DNA of 64,000 nucleotides from Podarcis liolepis. Lineage: Eukaryota. The position numbers and the translations under genes are program-made. Positions 51,177 to 63,782 of the stretch are shown here, in pieces. Under the pieces are notes generated by a model, which was not told the DNA's origin, did no database searches, and was given only the letters and a program-made list of their open reading frames with translations. The DNA is taken from the NCBI GenBank assembly GCA_965112155.1, contig OZ218105.1. One strand, given 5' to 3'. Positions within the stretch are counted from its first letter, which is position 1, and every line of letters begins with the position of its first letter.

Positions 51177-53459
51177 GCCTGAATTCATGTAATGCAGTTT
51201 CCTTTGCCATCAAAGCTCGCTTCAAGCAATAATAGTAAATAGTAAGTACATTATTGAGACAGTAGTACAAGGATGCAAGGCTGGCACCACCACACATACC
51301 CCTCTGTGGCTGGTTCCATGGCCTTCCAACTTGTGGTAGATGACTGAAGCCTTTTGTGCATCTAGAGGCCCCAATCTATGGGAAGTGGAAGCAGCTGAGC
51401 AGATGTTCTCTGCCAGTGAGGGACCACCACATTCTTCACCAGAGCACACAAGGCCTCTGGAAGGGCTTCTTAATGTCACATAACTGAAGCATTACATAGG
51501 AACATTGTGTCCCATTGCTGCCACTGCTTGGAGAACCAGCTAAACTGGCTGCATATGCACACCCACCCACAGAATCCAAGGAACTGTAGGTTGTTAAGGA
51601 TGCTGGGAATTTTAGCTCTGAGAGGGGTAAAATATGGTTCCCAGGATTCTTTGGGGAAAGCCATGTACTTTAAGTGTGTGCTGTGTACACAGCCTAAAAG
51701 AGAGGGAGAATTTGCTGCTGTTGCTTTCCCTAGTAAGCTCCTTACCCCATTTCTCAACATTTGTCCTCCTTAGCACCACAATGTCCCGATTTCCATTGTA
51801 AAAAGTTAATTTTGAAAGCTCATTCAGCTCAGCTCTATATTTCAACATGTACAGGATCCTATCTGAATTTCAACCTAGCCTTTTCATGTGGGTAACTTAA
51901 TATGACCTGATGAAGGGAGTGTTTGAACCTTCATTGCTGTTTAGTGTTGGAGCCTGGACCACTGGAGAATCCTTCAGTGAATGCTTTCTTAGATTCATCT
52001 GTCACACAACAATGTGGAAATCATTAGACCAAAAAATACCAACAAAGGAGCTTCTGTGTGCACGTATATAACATTGAGGCTAACATAGATTAAGATCATG
52101 AAATTAATTACTGCTATGCGATCTAAATACAGAAGCTTGGCATGTACCAGTTTTGATTCACCTTATGAAATCCATAGAACCATGACCACTAAAAAGGAGG
52201 AACAGATTAAAGCAAAATTGATTTTTTAGAATGATAGTAACTGTAGTTCTAATCTCAGGACCATAATCCAGAGAAAGATTAAATCAATCAAGTTTATGTC
52301 TGTTTTACACACTTACTGATTTTAATACCATGCACTTTTTCTGGATTGCATCTGCAGTGTGCCAACCTCACTGCTGCAGTGCCCCCTCATGGTAAAGGAC
52401 AGTGACTCACCTGCCAGGAGGCCAGGCTGCCCACCATGCTGTGTCCACTGCTGCCTGAAGCTATGCATGAATGATTTGAACTCTCCTCATAAGGATGCAT
52501 TTTCATCACTGAAAATCGTTATTGTCCTTCTCCACACTTCTTTTCAGTCATGCTATAACTTTTCATGGTGGAAGTAATCCAAACTGCATGATATTGGTGG
52601 CTACATCATGATAACAACATTATCTTCTTGCATTGCAATGAGCCAACCGTTTCAAGGAACTCCAAAATAACTTTTATTGAGTTTCAGTAGCAAAAGTTGT
52701 ACATTCCTAAACAAAACCTCATGTGAAGGCTGTTCTATCACTTGCACGCCCTCTTATCTGCTGAAAAGATAACTGTGGGCAAGCGTTGTGCTGTAGGATC
52801 ACTGAGTGGTTTGGCTACAAACCTGAGTAGCTTCACAGAATAGAGACAAATGTCTGTTCTTGCAGACCATCCATCACTGGCAACCGTATTATAAAAGGTT
52901 AAAAAGAAATACTAGGTCACAAAGCTGTGCTGATGTACGTGCCTGTCTATTGCCTTAAATATAGTTCAGATTGTATGCAGCTGACCAGACCTTAGTACTG
53001 CTCCTTTCCCCTCTCCAGCAACCTCCTGCATTGTGGCAGGCAAGTGGAAAAGCCAAGGATCATTGCCAGCCTCCTAAACACTTCTGTGATAGAAAAAAGA
53101 ATATTGGCCTTCCTGTGACTGTTTCTAACCTGGTCAGAAGGTGGATTTCAATATGTTATGCACAATAAAGGTCTTTAGGAATAGTACACAAGTTTCCTTT
53201 CAAAACAAAATCTGATCCAGCTTTCCGTTATCCTTAGAAAAATTGTTTAAAATATGACATAGATCAAAATCCATTATTTATTAGAATCAATAAAGTAAGT
53301 GCTTCATCATTTAATGAAACACCATCTCTCTTTACATCTTTATTACAGAAAGCATAAACAGATTTTTCCAGGATTTGTTATTTTAGAAATTCATTTAAAT
53401 TTCATAAAATAGAACCTATTGAATAATGAGGGCCAAAGTATTGAAATTTATTTACTCAC

Positions 53460-55889
53460 CTGATGGATTGCTGCCTCCTCCGTACCTGTGTTAGAATCAC
53501 CTATGAGTAACACAGGGCCTGGCTTATCAGGAGCCTGTTGTGGTGTCAGAGTATTGGTACAGCTTCCGATTGGGAAAAGAATCTGACTTTTCCGAGAGCC
53601 TGAAGTCAGTGACACCTCATGGCAATAAGACTGAAGAAATGCCCGGACTCCGTCAATCCCCACAAACTGTGAAACTGGTGCACCACTGAAATTCAAACTT
53701 GCATTATCAGAGAGTTGAGAATTTTTCCACCTGCGAAGTTTGAGTGCCAGTAACACAAGGAGGAAGGCGAGGAACAAGCAGGAGACAAAAGCCACTGCAG
53801 TCACCAAGTAGAAGGTGAGATCTGACTGTGGGTCTTCAGATACTGGGACGCTGCTCAGATCAGTCAGCATGTCAGGGATGCTGTCAGCCAAGACCACAGT
53901 GACAGTGACTGACGCCGACATTGGAGGCTGCCCATTGTCCTTGACTAAAACCACCAGGCTTTGCTTGAGGGCATCTTTCTCCAGAAAGAAGCGGGCCGTC
54001 CTGATCTCTCCCGTGTGGAGCCCCAGAGTGAAGAGCCCTGGCTCGGTGGCCTTGATCAGCTGGTAGGAGAGCCAGGCATTCTGGCCAGAGTCCGCATCCA
54101 CGGCCACCACCTTAGTGACTAAGTAGCCTGGCTCAGAGGAGCGAGGGGCCAGCTCTATCCCCGTGGAGCCATCAGTGGGAGGGGAGGGGTACAGGATTTG
54201 GGGAGCATTGTCATTCTGGTCCAGGATGACGAGAGTCACTGAGACGTTGGAGCCGAGTGGTGGAGAGCCTCCGTCCTGAGCCCTTACATGGAACTTAATC
54301 TCCCGAAACTCTTCATAATCAAAGGTTTTCAAGGCATAGCCAACCCCTGTTTCCGAATTAATGGAAAGGTAGGAGGAGAGTGAGGAATCAAACATTTGAC
54401 TTTCAATGATGGAATAGGTTGTTTTTGAATTTTCCCCCCAGTCTGGATCCTCTGTTTTCAAAGAAAATATAGAGTCCCCTCTCTGGTTGTTCTCTACAAG
54501 GTAAAAAGTGTATTCTGGTTGCATAAAGTATGGAGCATTGTCATTCTTGTCTAAAACCTGAAGGAGGATTAAGGTGGTTGATGAAAGAGGTGGCATCCCG
54601 TGATCTGAGGCTGTGATGGTGATGTTGTAGGCTGCTACTTGCTCCCTGTCCAGTGGTCTAGCAATGACCATAGTGTAATAGTTAGCATTTGCTTTTGTCA
54701 ATTGGAAAGGGATATTACTTGGAATAGAGCATATGACTTTCCCATTCTCTCCAGAATCATCATCGTGCACGTTTATCAAGGCAATGGCAGTTCCAGCTTG
54801 AGAATCCTCAGGAACTGAATTGGCAAGTGACCTGACAGCTATTTCAGGTGCGTTGTCATTAACATCACTTACAAAAATCACAGCTTTTGATATATTAAAT
54901 AGTCCTCCCCCATCAATGGCCTGAATCTCTATTTCATACAGTGTAGATTCTTCATAATCCAGCTTCCCCACAAGAATAATTTCACCTGTCTCTGAGTTTA
55001 TGTGGAAGTTCTGAGAAGCTTTGTCAGATATTTTTCTGAAGGAGTATGTTATTTCTCTGTTGATTCCTTCATCCAGGTCAGTGGCTTTTACTGTGACTAC
55101 TGTATAGCCTATGGGCACATTTTCTGCAATGGTCACTTTGTATACAGGTTGGCTAAAAATGGGTGCATTGTCATTTGCATCAAGGACAATAATATGGATT
55201 TGGGTTGTGCCAGATTTGGGTGGATCCCCCCCATCAAAGGCGGTGAGAATAAGGTCATGCACATTTTGTTCTTCTCGGTCCAGTGATGTTTCCAGTACAA
55301 TCTCTGCATATATTGCACTATCCAATCCAGTTTGCACATCCAGAGAAAAGTGTTTGTTTGCACTGAGTTTATAATTCTGGACAGAATTCATCCCTAAATC
55401 TGGATCCTGGGCATCTTCCAGACGGAATCGTGTCCCACCTTCAGTCATCTCACTGATTTTTATCTGGAGTTGAGCTGTTTTGAAGCTTGGAGCATTGTCG
55501 TTGACATCAATTATTTCTACTTCAATTGTATAAATCTTCATTGCATCTTCTATAATAACTTCACAATTAAAGAGACATCTTTGTATCTGGGGACAGGTCT
55601 GCTCTCTGTCCAGTCTTTCCTTAATGTATAAATGGCCATTCTTATTGTTTAAAGCAAAATATTCCATCTTACCTCTGCAAACAAAGCTGACTCCATAATG
55701 TGAAAAATCCTTTATATCCAGTCTAAGATCCTTTGCAATATTCCCCACAAAGGAACCTTTTGGCATTTCCTCAGGAACTGAATAATGAATCTGTTCAGCA
55801 GCAGTCTCACATGCGATGCAAAAAAATATGATGGAAATGAAAGCTGTGTCTTTGTAGAACCTAAGACAGAAATGTGTTGCAATAGCCAT
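53460..55889 (-). CDS. PCDHGA: Protocadherin gamma-A-like variable exon (gene 10; 810 codons)
   Basis: Six EC repeats, TM; donor CAG|GTGAGT at 53454-53459. Confidence 0.93.
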
Positions 55890-56096
55890 TTCCAGACGTT
55901 ATCTTCTTACTTTCAGTCCCTTAAACCTGGATGGTCCAATATCTTAGCAAAAATAAAATAAAATAAAATAGCAAATCCAATGGATCTAGATCTTCCTAGA
56001 TCTTCTTTGTTTCTGTTCCCTTGCATTCTCTTTCTAGGTGGAGCAGCAGCACTGAGATGGCAGCATCTCTCAGTGCATTTCTCTGCCTGGTTAGGG

Positions 56097-56129
56097 AGCA
56101 GCGACACCCAGAGTCTCAACCAAAAACTG
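56097..56129 (-). promoter_or_regulatory. CSE / CTCF site of gene 10 (CGCT core)
   Basis: + strand AGCAGCGACACCCAGAGTCTCAACCAAAAACTG. Confidence 0.85.
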
Positions 56130-57763
56130 CACCAGCATGTTACAATAATTCCTCAGATGGGGTGTATGCCTTTTGTACTTTCATTCTGATATAGGAATAT
56201 CTATCATTCCAAGCAAATGATCCTCCTGGGAGAAGCTCCAAAGTAAAACAACTCAGAGGATCTTGCTTTACTTACAATAACAATGCGGAAATTGTCCAGC
56301 ATGTTCCTATTGCAATGGATTTAGGTACATGCTCATATATGCTAGTGATGTTGGTTGAGATTTACAAATTATAATTGCCTTCTTCTCTCCTCCCACCCCA
56401 TAGCAAGCAATGGACACAGGGCAGTCAGGTGCATGACCCAAACATTTCAGTTATTGATTCAAAAAAAAATGTGGATTACACTGCAGCAAACTGTAGCTTT
56501 TTATATAGGTATGCTGTGTCCTATGTATTTTGCATGGTGCTTTATATTATGACAGGGTTATTTTATGGATGATTCCTACCTACCCAAACATCTCACATAC
56601 ACTTTTAATGATCAGTGTGCTAATGAATTTCCTAAATATAATGAAGTCCCACTCGTATAGCTGTTATTCAGGTAACAGGATTACAGTTCCACACAGTCAT
56701 TCTGGGAGCGCAGCAACCTTATGTGTATTCCATATGTTCTAAAAAAATATTCAGCGTCAACATTTCTGTTATATGTAACACCGAGACATACATTAAAGGT
56801 GACATTAAAAAAACAACTGAATGAAATCTGGTACTGTATTGCATAGCTTATTGCATATGTTGTTGTTATTTGCTGGTGTATTGAATCTGAGTTTGTTTTA
56901 GCATTGTGTAAAATGGTTGGAAATGGCTATTGAGTGTGGTGATCCCAGTGTGAACAAGGGAAAAAATGCCCTATAGCCTCTCCATAGCGCTTCCACTTCT
57001 TTGCTCCCCTGCAGTGTGGCTTAGGATCAGCATTAATCTTTTAAACTTACCTCGTATGGAAGACTTGTCTTTCTTGATAGTTTTCATTGGCCTTTTCTTT
57101 ACTTCTTTTGAGTTGTGCTATATTCTTTTTAAGCATGATCAGGAGCAGCACAATTTTCTCGAAGCATGGTTGGACCTTTATAACAGCTTTTGCATTATGT
57201 TCTTGCTCTGTTCTGATTTCTGATTGACAACTGCAGTGCACTTACCTGACCATTTCAAGTGGCAATTCATAATGATTCCAAAAGGTCTTTATTGATAACT
57301 GGTAACTAATACAATGCCAGCACCCCTCACACAACACATTTTTTATTTGTACCTGTGATATAGTTCTATATTCCAATATAGCTCAAAGGTGCCATCTAGA
57401 GTGCCTGGAATTTCACACCACCACAGTGAACCCTAAATAGACTGCAATTCCCTGTTTCAGTTTTGAATATACATACTTAAGTTGGTTCATTTCTCTCACT
57501 GGCCAGAACTAGCTGATTTTCTCTCTCTCTCTCTCTCTCGCTCACTTTTTAATTGTTTTTATTAAAGGTTATTAAAGATTATCTTGGGCTACAAAAGTGC
57601 GTACATTGTCTTTATTTTCAGATCATAGAGTCCTTTCTGCAGATCAGTTATATTCTGATATGCAAGTTCAGGGTTGTTAAGAAGGTGGAATAAGCTTATA
57701 AGTAAATTTCTGATTTGCCTCAGAAACCACAGAACTGATCTCATGTTTTGACTAAGCAACAAT

Positions 57764-58499
57764 TCATCTCCACCAAAAATCCTTCGCAATATTTCCCACA
57801 AAGGAACCGTTTGCCATTTCTTTGGGAACTGAATAATGAATCTGTTCAGTTGCAGTCTCACATACGATCAGGGGCGCCAACTTATAAAAAATATTGGGGG
57901 GGCCCATACCGGGGTCCTGGGGGAGGGAGAACGCGAGAAGCAGCGCGAGCCTCTGAGAGAACGCGAGACCCCGCGCAGCTGCTGCTCCTGCCTCAAGGCA
58001 GCGGGTTGGCCGGGTAGGCGTCGGTTCCTTGCTTGAGCAGGACCCCTGTGCCTGCCCGCCTCCCTCCAGGTAGACCGGGTAGGAACCTGGCCCTTTGTAT
58101 AGAAGCGACAGGCGGGCGGGCGGGCGGCAGGCAGGCAGGCAGGCAGCATGGCCGTCCCCTGCCTCCCTGCCTGCCTGCCTGCCTGCCTGCCTGCTTCCAG
58201 GTAGACCGGGTAAGAACCTGTACCTTCGTATAGAAGCGCCAGGCGGCCGCAGGCAGGCAGGAAGGCAGCAGGCCAGGGTGCGTGGACGTCCCATGCCTGC
58301 CTGCCTGCCTGCCTTCTCCCAGGTAGACCGGGTAAGAACCTGGACCTTGGTATAGAAGGCAGGCAGGCAGGCAGGCGGCTGCTGCTGCTGCTGTTCGGTC
58401 GGCGGCTCCTTTGCTTTGCTTGCTGCCGCCCAGGCCCCGGGAGCCACAGAGCCAGTGCCGCCTGAGGAGGAATATCCAGCCCATTCAGAGACGCTGCTG

Positions 58500-58546
<47 letters not shown>

Positions 58547-58953
58547 GTTGTTCCGTTCGGATTCCCCCTCCCACCCGGCGGCTCCTCTGGCGCATCCTGG
58601 CAGCAGCGGCGGCGGCGGCAGCAGCTCCTCCTGCAAAACACTTTCCCCTCTCCCTCGGTGTGTTTGTATTTGCGTGTGCGTGTGCGCGGCGAGCGAGTGC
58701 ACCTCCTGCCTCTCTCTCCCTCTCTCTCTCCCCCTCCGTGCCATCTCCTCGGGACTCTCCAGTCCTGTCGCTGCGGCCGCAGCGCTGGCCCGCCAGACTT
58801 TACACGAAGGTTCGCGCACTAATAATTTTCTTAAATTATTGGGGGGGCTCCGCCCCCCCAATCGATTTTTTGAGGGGGCTCGGGCCCCCTCAGGCCCCAT
58901 GGAGTCGGCGCCTATGCATACGATGCAAAAATTATACATGATGAAAATGAAAA
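57764..58953 (-). pseudogene. Relic 5' fragment (signal peptide/start of EC1) of a gene-10-like exon, split by a hAT insertion
   Basis: Removing 57869-58924 gives [40 protein letters not shown], matching gene 10 [39 protein letters not shown]; only about 140 bp of Pcdh sequence survives. Confidence 0.85.
57869..58916. mobile_element. Young GC/CpG-rich non-autonomous hAT element (1048 bp)
   Basis: TIR CAGGGGCGCCAAC / GTCGGCGCCTATG; perfect 8-bp TSD CATACGAT (57861-57868, 58917-58924); three subrepeats of about 125 bp and (GCAG)n/(CCTG)n/(CT)n tracts. Confidence 0.9.
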
Positions 58954-59150
58954 CGGCATTTCCATGTGCTCTGGCACTCGTCACGGTGTCCTGTTGCACC
59001 AGAAGTAGTTTAGACATGCTGGCCACATGATCTGGAAAGCTGTCAGAGGGCAAATACCGGCTGCTTTGGCCTGAAGCAAGATGAGCACTGCACCCCATAG
59101 TCGCCTTTGACTGGACTTAACCATCCAGGGGTCTTTTACCTTTACCTTTC
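58954..59150 (+). mobile_element. Sauria-SINE-like 3' fragment
   Basis: atgctggccacatgatctggaaagctgtc...gactggacttaaccatccaggggtc followed by an (ACCTTT)n tail; recognised from memory of the family. Confidence 0.75.
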
Positions 59151-59399
59151 TTTTCCACTTTAACCAACCTCCTCTCCACCCATTTTTCAATACTGGACAC
59201 AGTGAAATGGCAATTACCACACCCTAACATTATGACACACAGCTTGTGAAACTGAACACTATTGCAAACATATGTGTTGGTAACAATACACACTGGTCTT
59301 TTCATTACTGATCACAGTCCTATTAGGAGATGTTTTCCAATCCAAGTTACTTAAAAGTTGTGTCTTCTGGAACAGGAGAGTCTTTCCTTCTGTTTGTAA

Positions 59400-60140
59400 A
59401 GCCACACCTCATCACTGATCCCAGGCGGAGTTACAACAAAATATAGACAAGCAGGTCAAATACCATAAAACACAATTCAAAACATTCAGAACATACACAG
59501 TAACTCTAAAAAATGGACCCTTACGTTGCAGGTGATACCCTAACAGCTACTGGCCACAGTACCAACCCCTCTCCAAAAGCCTGAACAAAGAGGTTTGTGG
59601 CACAGAAAGCGCAATAAGATAAGGGCTAAAAGTGATGTTCTCAAATAGAGAAGGTTCTTTCCTGCATCCTCTTCGCTCTCCCCCCCACTTCCTTAGATAG
59701 GGAAACAATGAGAATGCACACACAGAGAGAGAGCAAACTGGACAGTTTCTTACCGAAGCAGATATTCCTTCCTTGAATTGGGGTCAGAAATGTACAGACA
59801 CTCAGCATCAGTTCTTCAGGACCAGTCCTGTTTGGGCAAGACTGGCTGTACCATTCAGCAATCTGGGAGGTGCATTCTGTGCTTAGCTGTATCTTCTGAG
59901 CCATCTACAGGGATAGCTCCATGTAGAGTTCATTACTGTATAGTAATCCGTTCAGGGGATTACCTGAGCCTGGGTCACAGCAGCAGAACAACTGTAGCTG
60001 AAGAACCTGCCAAAGCAGGTAATAGGCATTCTTCGCCAGATATGTCACTTCAGACTCCAGTGACAATGTAGAATTCAACAACGGCCCCAGACTACAATGT
60101 GGTTCCTTTAAATACAATTGTTACCTCTTCCAAAACAGGC
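59400..60140 (-). mobile_element. Degenerate L2 LINE fragment
   Basis: SLGPLLNSTLSLESEVTYLAKNAYYLL...LLYSNELYMELSL resembles the L2 ORF2 post-RT region (LGVxLDxxLS...LDYCNALY). Confidence 0.65.
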
Positions 60141-60689
60141 TATCAACCTAGTCCTCAGATCTGGAAACTGCCAACCTACCATGCCTGCATCTTTTCAGAA
60201 TTTAGCTTCAACTTAATGGCCCATATCCAGCTCAATACTACCTGCAGATAGTGATTCAGGACCTGATGATATGCAAAAAAATGGACCTGAGTGTCATCTA
60301 AGTGTCATTGACACTGCCCTCCAAATCCCTTGATGACACCCCGAGAGGCTTCTTTCAACCATCTTATAGAAATTCCGCAAATAAGATTACTTTGATGCAA
60401 TACATGATCTGGCTTTGCTATTCCTGTCAATAGCAAATTTTACACTCAGAGGAATCATTAAAACACTACCTAGATAAAATGCAATATTTATTTAAATTAA
60501 TGAAGTAGTTGCTTCATCTGTTAAAAAAAGGAAATGACACTAAAATTTATTTCAAAGAATTAAATTAAGCTTTGTAATTTAAAAAAATAATTAAATTACA
60601 TAAAATGAAACCTATTGAATAAGGACAAATAAAAGAACTGACTTTCTGAACTTTAAAATAAACAGAAGTACTGAAATTCATGTACTCAC

Positions 60690-63104
60690 TTGACAGGTTG
60701 CTGCCTGCTCCTGAACAGCGTTAGAATCACCTATGAGTAATATAGGATCTGGCTTATCCGGAGCCTGTTGTGGTGTCAGAGTATTGGTACAGCTTCCAAT
60801 TGGAAAAAAAATCTGACTTTTCCGAGAGCCTGAAGTCAGTGAAACCTCATGGCAATAAGATTGAAGAAATGCCCGGACTCCATCAATTCCCACAAACTGG
60901 GAGATGGGAGCACCATCAAAATGCACACTTCCATTGTCACACAACTGAGAATTTTTCCACCTGCGAAGTTTGAGTGCCAGTAACACAAGGAGGAAGGCAA
61001 GGAACAAGCAAGAGACAAAAGCCACTGCAGTCACCAAGTAGAAGGTGAGATCTGACTGTGGGTCTTCAGATACTGGGACGCTGCTCAGATCAGTCAGCAT
61101 GTCAGGGATGCTGTCAGCCAAGACCACAGTGACAGTGACTGAAGCCGACATTGGAGGCTGCCCATTGTCCTTGACTAAAACCACCAGGCTTTGCTTGAGA
61201 GCATCTTTCTCCAGAAAGAATCGGGCTGTCCTGATCTCTCCCGTGTGGAGCCCCAGAGTGAAGAGCCCTGGCTCGGTGGCCTTGATCAGCTGGTAGGAGA
61301 GCCAGGCATTCTGGCCAGAGTCTGCATCCACGGCCACCACCTTAGTGACCAGGTAGCCTGGCTCAGAGGAGCGAGGGGCCAGCTCTATCCCTGTGGAGCC
61401 ATCAGTGGGAGGGGAGGGGTACAGGATTTGGGGAGCATTGTCATTCTGGTCCAAAATGAAGAGAGTCACTGAGACGTTGGAGCTGAGTGGTGGAGAACCT
61501 CCATCTTGAGCCTTGACCAGGAAATTAAACTCTTTAATCTCTTCATAATCAAAAGAGATCAAGGCATAAACAACCCCCGTTTCAGAGTTAATAGAAAGGT
61601 AGGATGAAAGAGTAGAATCGCCAACACTTTGATCAATGATTGAAAAAGTGACTGTAGCATTTTCCATGCAGTCAGGATCACTTGCTTTCATGTAGTAAAC
61701 GGATGCTCCTCTGATGTTATTCTCAGTTACATAAGAAGTATATTGTATGTTATTGAAGATTGGGGCATTGTCATTTACATCTGAAATTTCTACAAAGAAC
61801 ACCGTAGTGGTTGATAATGGAGGGTTCCCTTTGTCTGTAGCCATGATAGTTATACTATAATTTGATGTTTCTTCTCTGTCAAGAACTCTGTCAGTCATCA
61901 AATGGTAATAGTTATCAAAGGATTTCTCTAAGTGAAAAGGAAGAGTTTTAGGAACTGAGCACAAGATTTCTCCATTCTCACCCATATCTTTGTCTTGTAT
62001 GTTTAGTAGAGCAACCACAGTTCCTGGAGAGCTTCCTTCACTGATTGAACTGAAGAAGGTAGTAATAGTTATCTTGGGAACATTGTCATTAACGTCAATA
62101 AGGATGATCAAGACTTTAGCCCTGTCAGAGAGACCTCCATTGTCCTTTGCTTGAACTTCCATTTCATGTAATGCATCTTCTTCATAGTCCAACTTCCCTG
62201 TTGTTGATATCTCCCCATTTCTAGAATTTATTTGAAAGAGTTTTGATGTTTTCTCCTTTATTTTTAGGAATGAATAAATCACCTCAGAATTTGTTTCTTC
62301 ATCGGCATCTGTAGCATTTACAGTAAGCAGCAGGGAGCCTATGGAAACACTTTCCAAAACGCTCACTTTATAGAGAGGTTGGTTGAAAATGGGTGCATTA
62401 TCATTTGCATCAAGAACCGTTACATAGATCTGCAGAGTGCCAGACCTCACAGGGTGCCCACCATCAGTGGCCGTTAGGATGAGTGAGTAAAATGCTTCCG
62501 CTTCTCTGTCCAAAGATTTCTCTAGCACCAGTTCAGGAAATTTGTCCTTATCAGATCTGCTCTGTAGTTTCAGGGAGAAATACCTGCTGCTGCTCAGATG
62601 GTAGTTCTGAAGGGAATAATCTCCAATGTCAGAATCCTGAGCTTCTTGCAAGGCAATATGAGTCCCTACAATGGCCGTTTCACTTATTTTAAGATCTAAG
62701 CGTTCCTGGGTGAAAGTTGGAGCATTGTCATTTATATCTGTGATTTCAATTTCTACGGTGAACAGTTTCATTTTATCCTCAACAAGGACTTCAAGACTTA
62801 AAACACACTTCTCTTCCCACCCGCATATTTCTTCTCTGTCTATCCTTTCGGAGACATATAACTGGCCATTCTTAGAATTCAAAGTAAAATATTGAAGCAT
62901 ACCTTCAGAGATGATGCGAACTCTGTTGTCTGACAACTTCTTGGAACCCAGTCCCAGGTCCTCTGCTATATTCCCAATGAAAGAGCCTTTGGGGACTTCC
63001 TCAGGAACCGAGTAGTGGAGCTGCCCATAATTTGTCTGCCAGATGGCAATAAAAGCAAACCAGAAGGAGCCACTGTCTTGTCGTAGTCTCAGCGCAGCTG
63101 CCAT
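60690..63104 (-). CDS. PCDHGA: Protocadherin gamma-A-like variable exon (gene 11; 805 codons)
   Basis: Six EC repeats, TM; donor CAA|GTGAGT at 60684-60689. Confidence 0.93.
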
Positions 63105-63298
63105 TTCAAAGAATTACCTTTGGAGCATCTACCTATTTCTCTTTCTCGTGGCAAAGGATCTTGTAGCAAAGAACCAGAAAATCCTTTTGTTAATCTATAC
63201 TGTTTCACTGAGAGGACGTGTGCCAATTTAGCTGCCTTTCTAGCAATGTGCAAGAACTTACCCTGCATCTTTCATTTCAGTTTGCTTTCTCATTGGTA

Positions 63299-63331
63299 AA
63301 CAGCGGCGCCCAGAGTCTCAACCAAAAACTG
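63299..63331 (-). promoter_or_regulatory. CSE / CTCF site of gene 11 (CGCCGCT core, two CpGs), with adjacent CCAAT
   Basis: + strand AACAGCGGCGCCCAGAGTCTCAACCAAAAACTG. Confidence 0.85.
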
Positions 63332-63697
63332 CAATGGCTAAAGTCATACAAAAGGCAAAGACAGTCTAGTTGACACGATTACGCAGTTTACTTCCTGCAT
63401 GTGTGGATAACTATCTATAAACAAAGCATAAACAAACCAACTATAGAACAAAGCATATTAAAAAGTATAAACCAGAAAAGTCTTTAATAAACCTGTAACT
63501 TCTATTCTATGAGAAATAGTTGGTTTTTAGAAAATACCTATTTCACAGAATTCTTTGTTTTCAAAATTAGTAAGTAAATGTATCCTTTGTCTTTATTTGG
63601 AGAAATAATATTACCAACACATATTCAATGTTGCATTTAATGAGATTTTCTTTGCTTTGTTTCTTTGCTTCGCTCCAGTAAAGGATCACTGTAGCTA

Positions 63698-63782
63698 ACA
63701 GTGCAATCCTACACAAACTTACCTGGGAATAAATCACATTGGAAATTTACTCGTGAATAACCATATATAGGATTGTACTGTA
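63698..63782. mobile_element. Short palindromic mariner-type MITE
   Basis: acagtgcaatccta...taggattgtactgt inverted ends; a related fragment lies near 24613-24680. Confidence 0.5.

Noticed and set aside
58060-58360. Regularly spaced direct repeats superficially like a CRISPR array
   Set aside because: Vertebrate DNA; the spacers are homologous low-complexity sequence inside a TIR/TSD-bounded transposon.
1313-63104. Assignment as single-exon protocadherin-beta genes ([11 protein letters not shown] is beta-like and ORFs end in stops)
   Set aside because: Every exon has a conserved phase-0 GTGAG donor just before the stop and gamma-type cytoplasmic motifs.
1366-63231. Many 60-190 aa plus-strand and alternate-frame ORFs recurring over the exons (for example [11 protein letters not shown]..., [12 protein letters not shown]...)
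   Set aside because: Antisense or shadow frames of the duplicated Pcdh exons; their recurrence follows from exon homogenisation, and many start at non-ATG codons.
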